Origin: Acidobacteriota bacterium
Lineage (GTDB): Bacteria; Acidobacteriota; UBA890; WLXD01
NCBI GenBank assembly: GCA_965205505.1
Contig: CBDBHB010000009.1
Location: 2,496,001 to 2,560,000 of the forward strand
Length of the DNA: 64,000 nt
Direction of reading: 5' to 3'
Shown: positions 15,569 to 26,172 of the stretch, piece by piece
How the letters are laid out: each line of letters opens with the position of its first letter
Position numbering within the stretch: the stretch's first letter is position 1
Translations under genes and position numbers: made by a program
The notes under the pieces: generated by a model
What the model was told of the DNA's origin: nothing
Seen by the model: only the letters and a program-made list of their open reading frames with translations
The model's database searches: none

Positions 15569-18472
15569 CTAGTTGCCGATGCTCATGATGTAGGCAACCA
15601 GGGCGTCGATCTCGACCTGCGGATCGTTGCCCAGTGGAGCCCAGTAGCCGCGGCCCGGATCGAGGCTGGCATAGAACTGCGGCATGTTGGTGCCGGGCTG
15701 CAGGCTTTGTGGATCCTTGATCCAGCCGTCGAGCCACTGCGGTCGTAGGCGGTCGGCTGCCAGGGCGAGGTCGGGCGCCCACTGCGTCGGTGGTACGCGC
15801 GGCTCCTGTTCGCCCTGGAAATGGCACGAGAAACACTGCAACGAGCCACCCTGATCCGCGGCCAGCACGGCGCCCTCGCGCACCAGACTCGCCGGGTACT
15901 CGTGCGCCGTGGTGAACGTCTCTTCGAACGGGTAAGGGGCCTCATCAAGGGCCGCGAAATAGGCGGTCAGGGCGTTGAGGTCCTCATCCTCGAACTGGAA
16001 CGTCGGCATGCGTACTTGCAGCCACGGGCGGATGGTGCTGGGCTCGTCGAAGAAACGGTATAGCCACGTAGGCTGCACGCGGGCCCCCTCGGAGCGCAGG
16101 TTCGGAGGTCCGAACACCAACCCGGCGGCAAGGCTGGCTACTTCGCCGGAGGCGAGCTTGGCCTCGGCGATAACATCGCGGATGGCGCCACCGCGGTCTT
16201 CCAGGATGTGGCAGCCGCGGCAGTTGTAGAGGTCGGCGATATGGCGGCCCTTTTCAATCGCCAGGCGCCGCGGTGTTGGTGCCGGCAGACTCTCGGCCGG
16301 CGTCTCCTCGCTGGTGAGCCCGAGGATTGCGGTGGCGAGCGCTTCGATCTCCTCTTCGGTGAGGTCGAAGCTCGGCATGCGGAGCATTTCCTCGGCCGAC
16401 CGCTCGCGGCCGTCGTCGTAGCTGCGCGGTGCGCGCAGCTTCTGCTCCAGGAACACGCCGCGCTCGTGCTCCATGTCGCGCAGCCCGAAATCGAGGCGCG
16501 TCACCGGCTTGCTGCCCCACTCTGTCAGGCTCGTGCCGACACGGCCGGCGTTCTCGAAGCCCGGGATCAAGTGGCAGCCCGAACAGCCGTAGCGATTGAT
16601 GAGCCGCTCGCCCAGGTAGTTGCGCGTCTCGTTTTCGTCCATCGACGCGACACGGGCGGCAGCCTCCTCGCTCGGCAGCTGCGTCCGCAAATACTCGAGC
16701 GCCACCGCGTCGCGTAGCGCCGGGTCGACGGGGGGAATCTGCGGATCCTCCCAGCCCGGCCGCTCGATGCCGACCAGATAGGCGGTGATGTCGCCCGCCT
16801 CCTGCGGTGTCAGCCGCAGGTCGGGCATCACCGTCTCGTCCCAATAGTGCGTCGGGTCACGTGCCCAGGTGTAGAGCCAGTCGGCGCTGACCTTGCTGCC
16901 GAGGCCGCTCAGGTTCGGGCCGTGGTGGCGATAGCCGCTGAAGCGCGCTGCTTCGCCAGGTCGTTCACCCTCCGTGTCCTCCTGGGCGCTGTCCTCGCCG
17001 ATCATGTGGCAGCCGAGGCAACCGACTGACTCGACCAGCACCTCACCGCGCTCGGCGTTGCCGTTCGGTGCGTTCTCCAACTCGATCTCGACGGAGTTGT
17101 CGAACAGATAGGTGACGATGCTCTCGGCCTCTACCTTGTTGCGCTCGGTCCAGTAGCTGTCGGAGGTGTTCGAGAGATTGAAGAACCGCGGCATCCGAGT
17201 GTCGGGTCGGTAGCTCTTGGGTTCCATTACCCAGTTGTAGGCCCACTCGATATCGGTCTTCGACCGCAGGAACGACAGGTTGGGTGCCGGTTTGCGGCGG
17301 TCGTCGAAGCGGTCGATCTGATGACAGCCGTAGCACCCTAATTTCTCGACCAACTCGAGCCCGTACTCGACCTTGGGGGCGTCCGGTAGCCAGTTGTCGC
17401 TGCCGTGGCAGCTCAGGCAGCCGGCCTGGGTTTCGCCCGAGGGCCGCATCGGCCACTCCCACAGGTGGGTGGGCTCCCAACCGTAGTCGTGTTCCCAGCG
17501 CTCGCGTTCGCTTTCGTTGTCCGGTGTGTGGACGGCGTTGAGAAAACTGGTGGCGTGGCCCTTACCGCCGTGGCACGAGCTACAGCCGAACTGCGCTGCC
17601 GGGTGCACCGAGTTGTCGGCGACGAACAGATCCAGGCGCGGGTGGGCGGTGAAGGGCGGCTCGCTGGTGGCGTAGTCGGCCAAGGCGGCTCCCAAGTGGC
17701 ATGACTGGCAGCGGTCGACGCGCGGCGCATCGGTGAAGTTGAGATCGAAGCGGACGTTGTTGAGCACCACTTGATTGATGCGCACCGACGGATTGAAGCT
17801 GTCCATGAAGGGAGCGTTGCGCAGGTAGTAGACCCAGTTGAAGCGCAGGCTGTTCACCCGCGCCTGCAGGCGCTCGATCTCGCGCTCCATCGCCGTGATC
17901 GCGCTCCGCGCCTCATCGCCGGCGCCAGTGAGGTCGTCACGGTCGGCCTGCAGCGCATCTCTCTCTAAGGTCAGCTCCTCGACCTCCGCGGCGTACCCCG
18001 CTACTTCCGCGATGGAGGCATCCAGGGTGGCGCGCTCGCTCGCGGCGCCTTCCTCACCCTCGTGCTTGCGGGCTTCCTCGAACACCCAACGGCGCGCGTC
18101 GTAGGTGGAGCGCGCGAAGCGCAGGTTCTGATCGGCGAGCTCCAGGCGAGTGTTGACGCGCGTCAGCTCGCTCTCCAACTCGCCTAACTGCGCCTGTTGG
18201 CCGGAGAGGGTCTCCTCTGCCGCGTCGCGCTGCTGACGCAGCTCGGCTAGCCGCTGCTGGTCGACGCCAGCTTGCTCATCGGCGAGCTGCTGTTGCGTGA
18301 CCTCGGCCTCGATGACGCGGAACTGCCGCTGATACGACTTCCACGGCCGGGCGTAGTCGTCCCAGACCATCCACAAGACGCTGAGCAGGCTGGCGATAGC
18401 AACTACCGCGAACCACAAGTTCAGGCGGTCGACGTCGCGCGCGTATACGCCCTTACGCTTCGGCTTGGCCAT
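15569..18472 (-). CDS. Membrane-anchored multiheme (8 CxxCH) cytochrome c with coiled-coil stalk
   Basis: CQSCH, CSSCH, CLSCH, CYGCH, CLGCH, CSGCH, CRGCH, CFSCH; several P.L...W...P...MP class-I-like modules. Confidence 0.92.
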   Translation of the reverse strand: MAKPKRKGVYARDVDRLNLWFAVVAIASLLSVLWMVWDDYARPWKSYQRQFRVIEAEVTQQQLADEQAGVDQQRLAELRQQRDAAEETLSGQQAQLGELESELTRVNTRLELADQNLRFARSTYDARRWVFEEARKHEGEEGAASERATLDASIAEVAGYAAEVEELTLERDALQADRDDLTGAGDEARSAITAMEREIERLQARVNSLRFNWVYYLRNAPFMDSFNPSVRINQVVLNNVRFDLNFTDAPRVDRCQSCHLGAALADYATSEPPFTAHPRLDLFVADNSVHPAAQFGCSSCHGGKGHATSFLNAVHTPDNESERERWEHDYGWEPTHLWEWPMRPSGETQAGCLSCHGSDNWLPDAPKVEYGLELVEKLGCYGCHQIDRFDDRRKPAPNLSFLRSKTDIEWAYNWVMEPKSYRPDTRMPRFFNLSNTSDSYWTERNKVEAESIVTYLFDNSVEIELENAPNGNAERGEVLVESVGCLGCHMIGEDSAQEDTEGERPGEAARFSGYRHHGPNLSGLGSKVSADWLYTWARDPTHYWDETVMPDLRLTPQEAGDITAYLVGIERPGWEDPQIPPVDPALRDAVALEYLRTQLPSEEAAARVASMDENETRNYLGERLINRYGCSGCHLIPGFENAGRVGTSLTEWGSKPVTRLDFGLRDMEHERGVFLEQKLRAPRSYDDGRERSAEEMLRMPSFDLTEEEIEALATAILGLTSEETPAESLPAPTPRRLAIEKGRHIADLYNCRGCHILEDRGGAIRDVIAEAKLASGEVASLAAGLVFGPPNLRSEGARVQPTWLYRFFDEPSTIRPWLQVRMPTFQFEDEDLNALTAYFAALDEAPYPFEETFTTAHEYPASLVREGAVLAADQGGSLQCFSCHFQGEQEPRVPPTQWAPDLALAADRLRPQWLDGWIKDPQSLQPGTNMPQFYASLDPGRGYWAPLGNDPQVEIDALVAYIMSIGN

Positions 18473-18537
18473 CCGTTTCCCCTTGCTCGGTCATCGCCCG
18501 TATTCGTTGCACAACGGTGTGGGGCGTGCCGCCGCCC

Positions 18538-19626
18538 CTAGATATTGAAGAAAAACTCCGGAATCGCGACGAAGTACTTCAAGTTCACGGTCCAGCGCAG
18601 ATACATCTTGATCGGCACCAGGCACATCCACAGGAGCAGCTGGGTGAAGATTACGTAGCGCATCATCCCCATCTGGTCAAAGTACTTCCGCATGAATCTG
18701 CTGGCGGCCCAGGCCGGCAGCGCGATGAAGTAGAGCAGCAACAGAACGATGCCGACGGACTCGCGCACCAGCCAGAAGCTGGGGAGCCCGATCCCCAGCC
18801 CGCGCGCCCAGACGAACTCGGACAGCTGAATATTGGCCAGAGGGACAAGCTTGTGCGCGTCCCAGATCTCGTAGGGACCGTAGAAGTTCCAGTTGGGCCC
18901 GCGCAGGAACGTACCCTGAAAGATCAGGAACACCCAGAGAACGATGAAGCCGAGTTGGAACAACACGATTTCAGAGGGGCGTTCCTCGAAGGTGTAGTAG
19001 CCGTTGCCCTTGGGATTCGGATCCATGTACGGGATCGCCATCAACCCGATGAGGATGAACGTCGGGATGACCACGCCCGCCAGCCACGGATCGAAGTAGA
19101 CGAGGATCTCCTGCAGCCCGAGGAAGTACCACGGTGCCTTGGAGGGGTTCGGCGTCAGCTGCGGGTTAGCGGGTTCCTCGAGGGGCGCCGGCACCAGGAT
19201 CGACCATACGACCAGCAGGATGCTCACCAGCAGCACGCACATGAACTCCGTGTACACCAGGTCCGGCCACACGAAGACCTTCTCCTCCTCCTCCTCTTCG
19301 GCCTCATACGGCGGCCGACCGTCCTTCATGCGCTCGTCGTTGTCGACTGCCTTCTTCAGTGCGAACCAGGTGAAGAAGACGACCAGGAACACCATCCCCG
19401 AGATGGGCAGGTTGTCGGGACGCTTGAACTGGATCCAGAAGTTGTCATCCAGCGCCGAGAGCGCGAAGAACACCAGCGGCGAGGCAACGATGCTGCCGGC
19501 GATCCACTTGTTTTTCGTCGCCTGGTGTCGATAGCGGTACAGCAGCAAGACCCCCGCGGTGGTCAACGTGACCGCGAAGTAGGGCTGAAAAAGCAAGTTG
19601 ATGAAGTTCTTGAGCGCCTCGATCAT
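18538..19626 (-). CDS. Cytochrome b subunit IV-like (C-terminal cyt b domain) with extra helices
   Basis: WPDLV..E, APLEEPANP..TPNPSKAPWYF (PEWY equivalent), IPYMD. Confidence 0.85.
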   Translation of the reverse strand: MIEALKNFINLLFQPYFAVTLTTAGVLLLYRYRHQATKNKWIAGSIVASPLVFFALSALDDNFWIQFKRPDNLPISGMVFLVVFFTWFALKKAVDNDERMKDGRPPYEAEEEEEEKVFVWPDLVYTEFMCVLLVSILLVVWSILVPAPLEEPANPQLTPNPSKAPWYFLGLQEILVYFDPWLAGVVIPTFILIGLMAIPYMDPNPKGNGYYTFEERPSEIVLFQLGFIVLWVFLIFQGTFLRGPNWNFYGPYEIWDAHKLVPLANIQLSEFVWARGLGIGLPSFWLVRESVGIVLLLLYFIALPAWAASRFMRKYFDQMGMMRYVIFTQLLLWMCLVPIKMYLRWTVNLKYFVAIPEFFFNI

Positions 19627-19648
19627 TGCTTCAGCATCCTGCTGCCGT

Positions 19649-20497
19649 TCACAGGGCTAGCTTCCCGCCCTTGCCAGGGCCGGAGATCCCACCGTCGCGG
19701 CGTACGCGCCAGAAGTGCACCGCGAGCAAGATCACGAAGATGAACGGGATTCCGAGACAGTGCAGCACGTAGAACCGCAGCAGGGCTGCCTCACCTACGA
19801 ATCTGCCCGCCAGCAGCACGAAGCGCATGTCAGAGCCAGCGGTAATAAGCGGCACTTCGCCGATCTGCATCAGCTGCTGACCTGGCCCCTCGGCCCCCAT
19901 GATCGGCGTCGCACGCGCCATGTTGCTGCCCACCGTCACTGCCCACATGGCCAGCTGATCCCAAGGCAGCAGGTAGCCGGTGAACGAAAACAGCAGGGTC
20001 AGCACCAGCAGCGTGACGCCGATAACCCAGTTGAACTCGCGCGGCGGCTTGTACGAGCCGGTGAGAAAAACACGCAGCATATGGAGCCACACCGTGATGA
20101 CCATCAAGTGCGCGCCCCAGCGGTGCATCTCACGCATCAGGCCGAGCGACACCGACTCCATCAAGTCGAGCATGTCCGGATAGGCGTGCTGCGCGGTCGG
20201 GCGGTAGTAGAACATCAGCAGGATGCCGGTGACCGTCAGCGAGAGGAAGAGAAAGAACGAGATTCCGCCCATGCACCAGGTGTACGAGATCCGCAGCCCC
20301 TGCTTGCGCATGCGCACCGGATGCAGGTGCAGGAACACGTTGGTCAGCACCACCAGCGCCCGGTTCTTCGGATCCTGCGGCAGCTTGTGGCGGAAGAGCG
20401 ACTTCCACACCGGGGTGCGGGTAAAGTCGCCGTACCAGTCCTCGGGTGAGCCGAACCTCTCCTTCAGACCCTTCAGACGTTCTCCGAGACTGCTCAT
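19649..20497 (-). CDS. Cytochrome b6-like N-terminal domain
   Basis: [46 protein letters not shown]...VHFW; AGGAG SD. Confidence 0.95.
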   Translation of the reverse strand: MSSLGERLKGLKERFGSPEDWYGDFTRTPVWKSLFRHKLPQDPKNRALVVLTNVFLHLHPVRMRKQGLRISYTWCMGGISFFLFLSLTVTGILLMFYYRPTAQHAYPDMLDLMESVSLGLMREMHRWGAHLMVITVWLHMLRVFLTGSYKPPREFNWVIGVTLLVLTLLFSFTGYLLPWDQLAMWAVTVGSNMARATPIMGAEGPGQQLMQIGEVPLITAGSDMRFVLLAGRFVGEAALLRFYVLHCLGIPFIFVILLAVHFWRVRRDGGISGPGKGGKLAL

Positions 20498-20531
20498 CCG
20501 AGCTTTGCTCCTGGCGGATTCAGCATCGATC

Positions 20532-21083
20532 TCAAGCGCTAAAGCGGAGGAACGAGTCGGGATCGTCCCAGCCACCCTGCTCGAATAGGAACTTGCGCGA
20601 TTTGTCGACCAGAATCTGGCCGTCGTCGGCCAGCGAGACGGCAGCTCGTTCGAGCGGACGTGGTGCGGGCCCCTCGAAGTTCATGCCGGTGCTGTAGAAG
20701 CCACTGCCGTGGCATGGGCATTTGAACTTGTTCTCGGCGGCCAGCCAATTGGGTGTGCAGCCAAGGTGCGTGCAAACCGAGATCAGCGCGTAGAAACCCT
20801 CCTCGTTGCGCACCACCCAAACGCCGTAGCGATCTTTGAAGGCCAGCGACACCTCGCCGACCTGGAAGTCGACTGGCAGCCCGATCTTGAACTGCAGGGG
20901 CGGCTCGTACAGCACATTCGGAAACATGAACCTCGTCGTGGCGGCCAGCATGGCGCCCACAGCCCCGGTGAACGCCGCCCAGCCGATGGTTACCCACGGC
21001 AAGGATTCGAGGAACTCACGGCGACTCTTGCCGCCCTCTGCCTGCCCACCTGCAGCGGCCCTTGGTGTCTCGGTTTCTGCCAT
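20532..21083 (-). CDS. Rieske [2Fe-2S] subunit of Rieske/cytb complex
   Basis: SRREFL Tat-like anchor, CTHLGC, CPCHGS, GPAPRPL. Confidence 0.95.
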   Translation of the reverse strand: MAETETPRAAAGGQAEGGKSRREFLESLPWVTIGWAAFTGAVGAMLAATTRFMFPNVLYEPPLQFKIGLPVDFQVGEVSLAFKDRYGVWVVRNEEGFYALISVCTHLGCTPNWLAAENKFKCPCHGSGFYSTGMNFEGPAPRPLERAAVSLADDGQILVDKSRKFLFEQGGWDDPDSFLRFSA

Positions 21084-21097
21084 CTCTCTGGCTCCCC

Positions 21098-22021
21098 CTA
21101 TTGCTCCTGAGCCAGGAGCGTTGATGCATCGCGAGTTACCGATCCCTGCGGCGCCGAGAGAACCCGGCGAGCCGCCTCGCGTACGCGAAGATCGGGGTCC
21201 GTGTCGCGCAGATCCGTCAATTTGTCTTCCAAGCCGCTGGTGCCCAGTCGTTCCAGCGCCTGAAGCGCCGCTAGCATGGTGGGGCTGTGATCCTGTGAGT
21301 CGATGCCCGGTACCGAGGAGAGGTGCTCACGGTCGATCATGCGTCGAAGCATTTCCTTGCCGCCGTCGTGCCCCAACATGGCGAGCGCAACCGCAGCGTT
21401 CCAGCGTACTGCGGGCACAGTATCGTTCAACGCGACGCGTAGCGAGCGCTCTACGTCCGGATTTGCCAGAACTCCGAGCACATAAGCAGCCATTGTCCGC
21501 ACCGCCGGGACGCTGTCGTTCAGCTGTTCGGCGATGGCGGTTGCGGCGCTCGGATCGCCGATCACGCCCAAGGCCCAAGCGGCGTTGACGCGCGCCTCGG
21601 AGTCCTCGTCTCGGGTAGTCGCCACGAGCACGGGGACGGCCGACGGATGCTCGAGGCGTCCGAGAGCAATGCTGAGGAACCTACGCACGCGCGGGTCGCC
21701 ATCCTCGGCGCGCTGCAGCGCGTTGATGACCTGTGCGGTGAACTCGGGGTCGTCTTTGAGCTGCTCGTTGTACTGCAGCTGCTGCGACAGATGGAAGGCG
21801 GCCTGCCAGGGTTCGTTGATGCCGTTGCCGCTGAGCGCCGGTAGGTAGTCAGCGGGGTCGGCGCCATCGTGGGCCAGGACGCCGAACATCAAGAACAGGG
21901 CGATCCCCACCATTACCATCAGCAGCGGCAGGATGAAGAACCCGATGGCGACTCGGAACGGACTCGGCTCGTCCACGCCGTCAGAGGTCTCCGGAGACTC
22001 CGGAACGTTGGGGTCGGTCAT
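21098..22021 (-). CDS. Membrane-anchored HEAT/PBS-lyase-like repeat protein
   Basis: One TM, repeated D.D..VR..AA.ALG units. Confidence 0.85.
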   Translation of the reverse strand: MTDPNVPESPETSDGVDEPSPFRVAIGFFILPLLMVMVGIALFLMFGVLAHDGADPADYLPALSGNGINEPWQAAFHLSQQLQYNEQLKDDPEFTAQVINALQRAEDGDPRVRRFLSIALGRLEHPSAVPVLVATTRDEDSEARVNAAWALGVIGDPSAATAIAEQLNDSVPAVRTMAAYVLGVLANPDVERSLRVALNDTVPAVRWNAAVALAMLGHDGGKEMLRRMIDREHLSSVPGIDSQDHSPTMLAALQALERLGTSGLEDKLTDLRDTDPDLRVREAARRVLSAPQGSVTRDASTLLAQEQ

Positions 22022-22168
22022 ATGTTCGCGTATCGAGACCTTGCCAGATCGTGCGGCCGCACAGCCCCCACCGGGCCGCGGAGCGCGTACAACCTACCCT
22101 CGATGCCTAGGGGTGTCAAATCATCGATATCGACGCCGAGAGGCTGCCAATTAAGGCTTCCGGAACGA

Positions 22169-22645
22169 TCAGGCGTCGCTCTGCTGGGCCTCCTCGGCGA
22201 CAGCGTTGATGGGTGCCTCACGACGGTATCGATCTGCCAGCAACGGATCGTGGGCGCGGTGCAGCGGGTTGTGCTCGAATCCACGATGGATGGCCTCGCA
22301 TCCATAGCAAACGGTGATCTCCGGCACGAGGCGGTACAGGCCATAGTCCAGCGCCATGAACACGACCAGGCTCAAGCCGTAGGTCCAGGGAGACAGCACG
22401 GCGCCAATGACCACCATTACTAGCCCGATCTTGCGGTTGAAGTCCTTCTGTGCGAAGAGCCGATCATAGCCGCAGGCGATGCAAGCTACAGCGGGGTCGA
22501 CGACGACGACGGAGTCGTCGAGAGTGCCCTCGACATACGCCATCGTGTGGCCGCAACTCGAGCACGCCAGGCTGCGCTTGCCGTCGAGATCCTGTTGGTC
22601 GGGGCGCTGGCACTCAGGGCAGCGCCATTCAAGCGAGTGGCCCAT
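22169..22645 (-). CDS. Double zinc-ribbon-like membrane protein
   Basis: Four CxxC pairs (CPEC, CSSC, CIAC, CYGC) and a hydrophobic hairpin; start overlaps upstream stop. Confidence 0.75.
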   Translation of the reverse strand: MGHSLEWRCPECQRPDQQDLDGKRSLACSSCGHTMAYVEGTLDDSVVVVDPAVACIACGYDRLFAQKDFNRKIGLVMVVIGAVLSPWTYGLSLVVFMALDYGLYRLVPEITVCYGCEAIHRGFEHNPLHRAHDPLLADRYRREAPINAVAEEAQQSDA

Positions 22646-23454
22646 CAGTACGGATGTCCCGTCGAGAGCGAGAGATAGAGCGAGATCACCTCACCGAAAA
22701 GCACGAACACGATCGCAGCATACAAGATCCCAGTCGCCGACTGGATGGAGCGAATCTGGACGGTCTTCCAAGTCATCCACCCCAACACGATGGGCGCCAG
22801 CACGCCGAGTGTGGCGCGTACGGCCACGAAGAGAGCGTCCCCGAGCACGAAGGCCCGCAATAGGCCGCCGCCGGTGTCGTTCCAACCCGGCAGATGGATC
22901 GCCACTATGGCGAACAACAGGATCAGCTTGACGCCCTCGGTGGCGAGAAACATCCCTAGCACGCGGTTGAGCGGCGCGATCGGCATCCGCGGCTCGATGA
23001 GGTACCAGTGGGCCAGGATCATCGCTAGCAGCACCGACCCCAGCGCCATAGCGATGCTGAATAGACCCGCCACGTAGACGACAGACTCGAACGTGCCGGC
23101 ACCGGTCGCTGGTCGCAACGTCGGATCTAGCACGATCGAAGCGATTGCCGCGATCGTAGCGAGACCGAGCAGCCAGCCGTGGCGCTCATTTCCGGCGACG
23201 GCCTTGCGCGCGCCAAACCCGATCAGCAACAGCGACGCGATGGCCAGCGCCAGCAGCGACCCGCGGCCGGGGTGGGGGAGCGCTGCGCTCAGGACGCTCA
23301 GCCGCAATCCCATGCCGAGCCCGAAACCAGTAAGGACGAGCAAAATCGTCAAACGCCAGAAGCCTGGGCCCGTCGGCGGTCTCGCGACCAGGGCGGCGAC
23401 CACCATTCCCACCGAGGTATAGATGAGCATCACCGAGACGGCGGCGAAGAGCAT
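22645..23454 (-). CDS. Hypothetical polytopic membrane protein
   Basis: About 8 hydrophobic helices; AMILAHWYL and IQSATGILY motifs. Confidence 0.75.
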   Translation of the reverse strand: MLFAAVSVMLIYTSVGMVVAALVARPPTGPGFWRLTILLVLTGFGLGMGLRLSVLSAALPHPGRGSLLALAIASLLLIGFGARKAVAGNERHGWLLGLATIAAIASIVLDPTLRPATGAGTFESVVYVAGLFSIAMALGSVLLAMILAHWYLIEPRMPIAPLNRVLGMFLATEGVKLILLFAIVAIHLPGWNDTGGGLLRAFVLGDALFVAVRATLGVLAPIVLGWMTWKTVQIRSIQSATGILYAAIVFVLFGEVISLYLSLSTGHPY

Positions 23455-23590
23455 TTGGAAAGCGCTTGTGTAACGGCGCGGCCAGACGTTGCCGGCGCGG
23501 CGGCTTGAAGGGAATTGGGCGCGGTGCGGCGAACTGCCGCGCGCCCCGATGCGGGCCGCAGATTACCACGGCCACGCTAGACTGCTGTGC

Positions 23591-24331
23591 ATGAGCAGGA
23601 AGCCGCACATTGCCATCGTCATGCCGGCGCGCGACGAGGCGCAGGCGCTGCCCCATGTGCTTGCCGAGATTCCGTCAGAGCACTCTCCGCGCATCGTGGT
23701 TGTCGACAACGGCAGCGTCGACGGTACCGGTGAAGTGGCGCGCCGGCTCGGCGCGGAGGTGGTGCTCGAGGAGCGGCCAGGCTACGGCATCGCGTGCCAG
23801 GCCGGGCTACGTCATCTGGCCGCCGACCCTCCGAACATCGTCGTGATTCTTGATGCCGACCACAGCGACTATCCGCAGGACCTCGATGCCGTGTTGCAGC
23901 CGATACTGGCTGGCGAGGCTGATCTCGTGTGCGGAAACCGGGTACGTTTGGCCGAGCCCGGCGCGCTGGGTCCGCACGTGCGCTGGGGGAACAGTCTGTC
24001 GACGATGCTGATCCGACTCTTGTTCGGCCATAGGTACGAGGACATGGGGCCGTTTCGAGCGATTCGCTGGGAGGCGCTGCAGCAACTGCAAATGTGCGAC
24101 CCGGCGTACGGTTGGAATGCCGAGATGCAGGTAAAGGCGCTCCAGCATCGGCTCCGAGTTCGTGAGGTTGCAGTGCGCTACCGGGCTCGCAGAGGTCGCT
24201 CGAAGATCAGCGGCACACTGCGCGGCACGCTCGGCGCCGGCGCCGGAATCCTGCTGACCGTACTGTGCTTGCGCTTCGCCCCCCGATGGTATGCTCGCCG
24301 GGTTCCCGTTCCGACCGCACCGTTCTCGTAG
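23591..24331 (+). CDS. Glycosyltransferase family 2
   Basis: IVMPARDE, VVDNGSVDGT, LDAD, D.GPFRAI. Confidence 0.92.
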   Translation: MSRKPHIAIVMPARDEAQALPHVLAEIPSEHSPRIVVVDNGSVDGTGEVARRLGAEVVLEERPGYGIACQAGLRHLAADPPNIVVILDADHSDYPQDLDAVLQPILAGEADLVCGNRVRLAEPGALGPHVRWGNSLSTMLIRLLFGHRYEDMGPFRAIRWEALQQLQMCDPAYGWNAEMQVKALQHRLRVREVAVRYRARRGRSKISGTLRGTLGAGAGILLTVLCLRFAPRWYARRVPVPTAPFS

Positions 24332-24369
24332 TCCAGCGACCCGAGAGCCGCGGCTCGCCGCCACCGTTC

Positions 24370-25569
24370 ATGGACCGCCTGGCCTTCTATCGCTCGCTCG
24401 CCACGCCCTCGGATCAACGCATCCTCTTCATGGTGCTCGATGGCCTGGGCGGCTTACCGCACCCCGAGACCGGGCTCACCGAGCTCGAGAAGGCACACAC
24501 TCCGACGCTCGACGAGCTGGCATCGGGGGGCGAGTGTGGGCTCACCGTTCCCGTGCTACCGGGGATCACCCCCGGCAGCGGCCCTGCGCACATCGCCTTG
24601 TTCGGATACGACCCGGTTGAAAACCAGGTAGGCCGCGGTGTGTTGGCCGCGCTCGGCGAGGATTTCGATCTACGTTCGGGCGATGTCGCTGCGCGGATCA
24701 ACTTCTGCACGCTCGACGGCGACGGCAACGTGGTGGACCGTCGCGCCGGACGCATCGACGATCCCCAGGCCATGCCGTTGGTCGAGCGTCTTGACGCCAT
24801 CGACTTGGGACGGGGCATCGAGTGCAGCGTACGGCACGTGAAGCAGTATCGTGCCTGTGTGATTCTGCGCGGCGATGATCTGGACGGGCGCATCGCGGAC
24901 ACCGATCCGCAACGCACGGGCGTGCCCCCGCTGGCGCCGCGCGCGCTGGCCGATGCCGCCGGACCGACCGCTGATCTGGCCGGCCGCTTCATCCACGCTG
25001 CACACCTTGCGTTGGCCGACCAGGACGTGGCCAACGGGGTGCTGTTGCGCGGCTTCGACGGATTCCGACCGCTACCGAGCTTTGCCGATCTCTACGGGGT
25101 GCGGGCGGCTGCCGTGGCCAGTTACCCGATGTATCTGGGAGCCGCCCGGCTCGCCGGCATGAGCGCGCATCGGGCGCCCGATTCCCCGGATGCCCTGGCG
25201 GCCACGGTGGCTTCGGTCGCCGATAGTGACTTCGTGTTCCTGCACTACAAGTCCACCGACAGCCGCGGAGAGGACGGTGACTACGAGGGCAAGGTCGCGG
25301 AGATCGAAAAAGCCGATGCGTTGCTGGCACGGCTGCGTTCAGCCTTCGACGTGGTCATGGTCACCGGAGATCACTCGACGCCGGCGCGAATGCGGTCGCA
25401 TTCGTGGCATCCGGTGCCATTGCTCATCCATAGTGATCGTGCCCGCAGCAACGAGCGTAAGTTCGGCGAGCGAGCCTGCGCGCAAGGCAGCCTCGGGCAA
25501 GTGCGGTCCATCGACATATTGCCGCTTGTGCTGGCGCACGCCGGGCGCCTACGGAAGTTCGGCGCCTGA
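24370..25569 (+). CDS. apgM: Cofactor-independent phosphoglycerate mutase, archaeal type
   Basis: LDGLGG, TPGSGPAH, DRRAGRI, GEDGD, TGDHSTP..HSWHPVP. Confidence 0.92.
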   Translation: MDRLAFYRSLATPSDQRILFMVLDGLGGLPHPETGLTELEKAHTPTLDELASGGECGLTVPVLPGITPGSGPAHIALFGYDPVENQVGRGVLAALGEDFDLRSGDVAARINFCTLDGDGNVVDRRAGRIDDPQAMPLVERLDAIDLGRGIECSVRHVKQYRACVILRGDDLDGRIADTDPQRTGVPPLAPRALADAAGPTADLAGRFIHAAHLALADQDVANGVLLRGFDGFRPLPSFADLYGVRAAAVASYPMYLGAARLAGMSAHRAPDSPDALAATVASVADSDFVFLHYKSTDSRGEDGDYEGKVAEIEKADALLARLRSAFDVVMVTGDHSTPARMRSHSWHPVPLLIHSDRARSNERKFGERACAQGSLGQVRSIDILPLVLAHAGRLRKFGA

Positions 25570-26172
25570 GACACGTGCTCGCGCCGCCTCGAGATCTTCG
25601 GGCGTATTGATGTTGTGCAGCATGTCGCGCGGATCGCCGAACACGCGCAGCTCGGAATCGCGGATCTCGACCGCGTCGACGCGGTCGAGAAGGCGTTGAA
25701 GATCGCGTCGCCCACCGTCGAGCCAGGCGCGGAGCGGTGGCAGGAACGCGGGGGAGTAGGCCGCACACAGCGGGTGCCAGCGTTGTCCGTGCCGGGGCGC
25801 TGCGGCGATGCGCCCATCGGTCAAGCGCTGCAGCAGGTCGGCAAGGAGCGCCGCTGGCACGAACGGTAGGTCTGCGGCGCACACGACGAGCGCCGCACCA
25901 GCGAACGCCGCCAGGCCGGTCTCGATAGCTCCGGCAGGTCCGCATCCGGGGCGGAGATCCGCGAGCACCGGCCAGCCGAGCCCCGGTATCGGCTCGCCGC
26001 CGAGTTGTAGGCGCGCTTCGCACACCGCCGACAGTGCCCTTGCCGACCACATGCCGAGGGGGCGATCGCCGAGCGATAGCGCGGATTTGTCTACCCCCAT
26101 TCGCGCACTTTGGCCGCCCGCGACGACCGCGACCACGGCGCGCGCAATGTCGCCACTGCGATCCTCACGCAT
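25549..26172 (-). CDS. mobA: Molybdenum cofactor guanylyltransferase
   Basis: AGGQSARMG.DK, GP.G.I, ADLPF, HPLCAAY, NINTPEDL. Confidence 0.88.
   Translation of the reverse strand: MREDRSGDIARAVVAVVAGGQSARMGVDKSALSLGDRPLGMWSARALSAVCEARLQLGGEPIPGLGWPVLADLRPGCGPAGAIETGLAAFAGAALVVCAADLPFVPAALLADLLQRLTDGRIAAAPRHGQRWHPLCAAYSPAFLPPLRAWLDGGRRDLQRLLDRVDAVEIRDSELRVFGDPRDMLHNINTPEDLEAARARVSGAELP

Noticed and set aside
22169-22645. CSSCGH as a heme c motif
   Set aside because: It is CxxCxH, not CxxCH; four CxxC pairs fit zinc ribbons better
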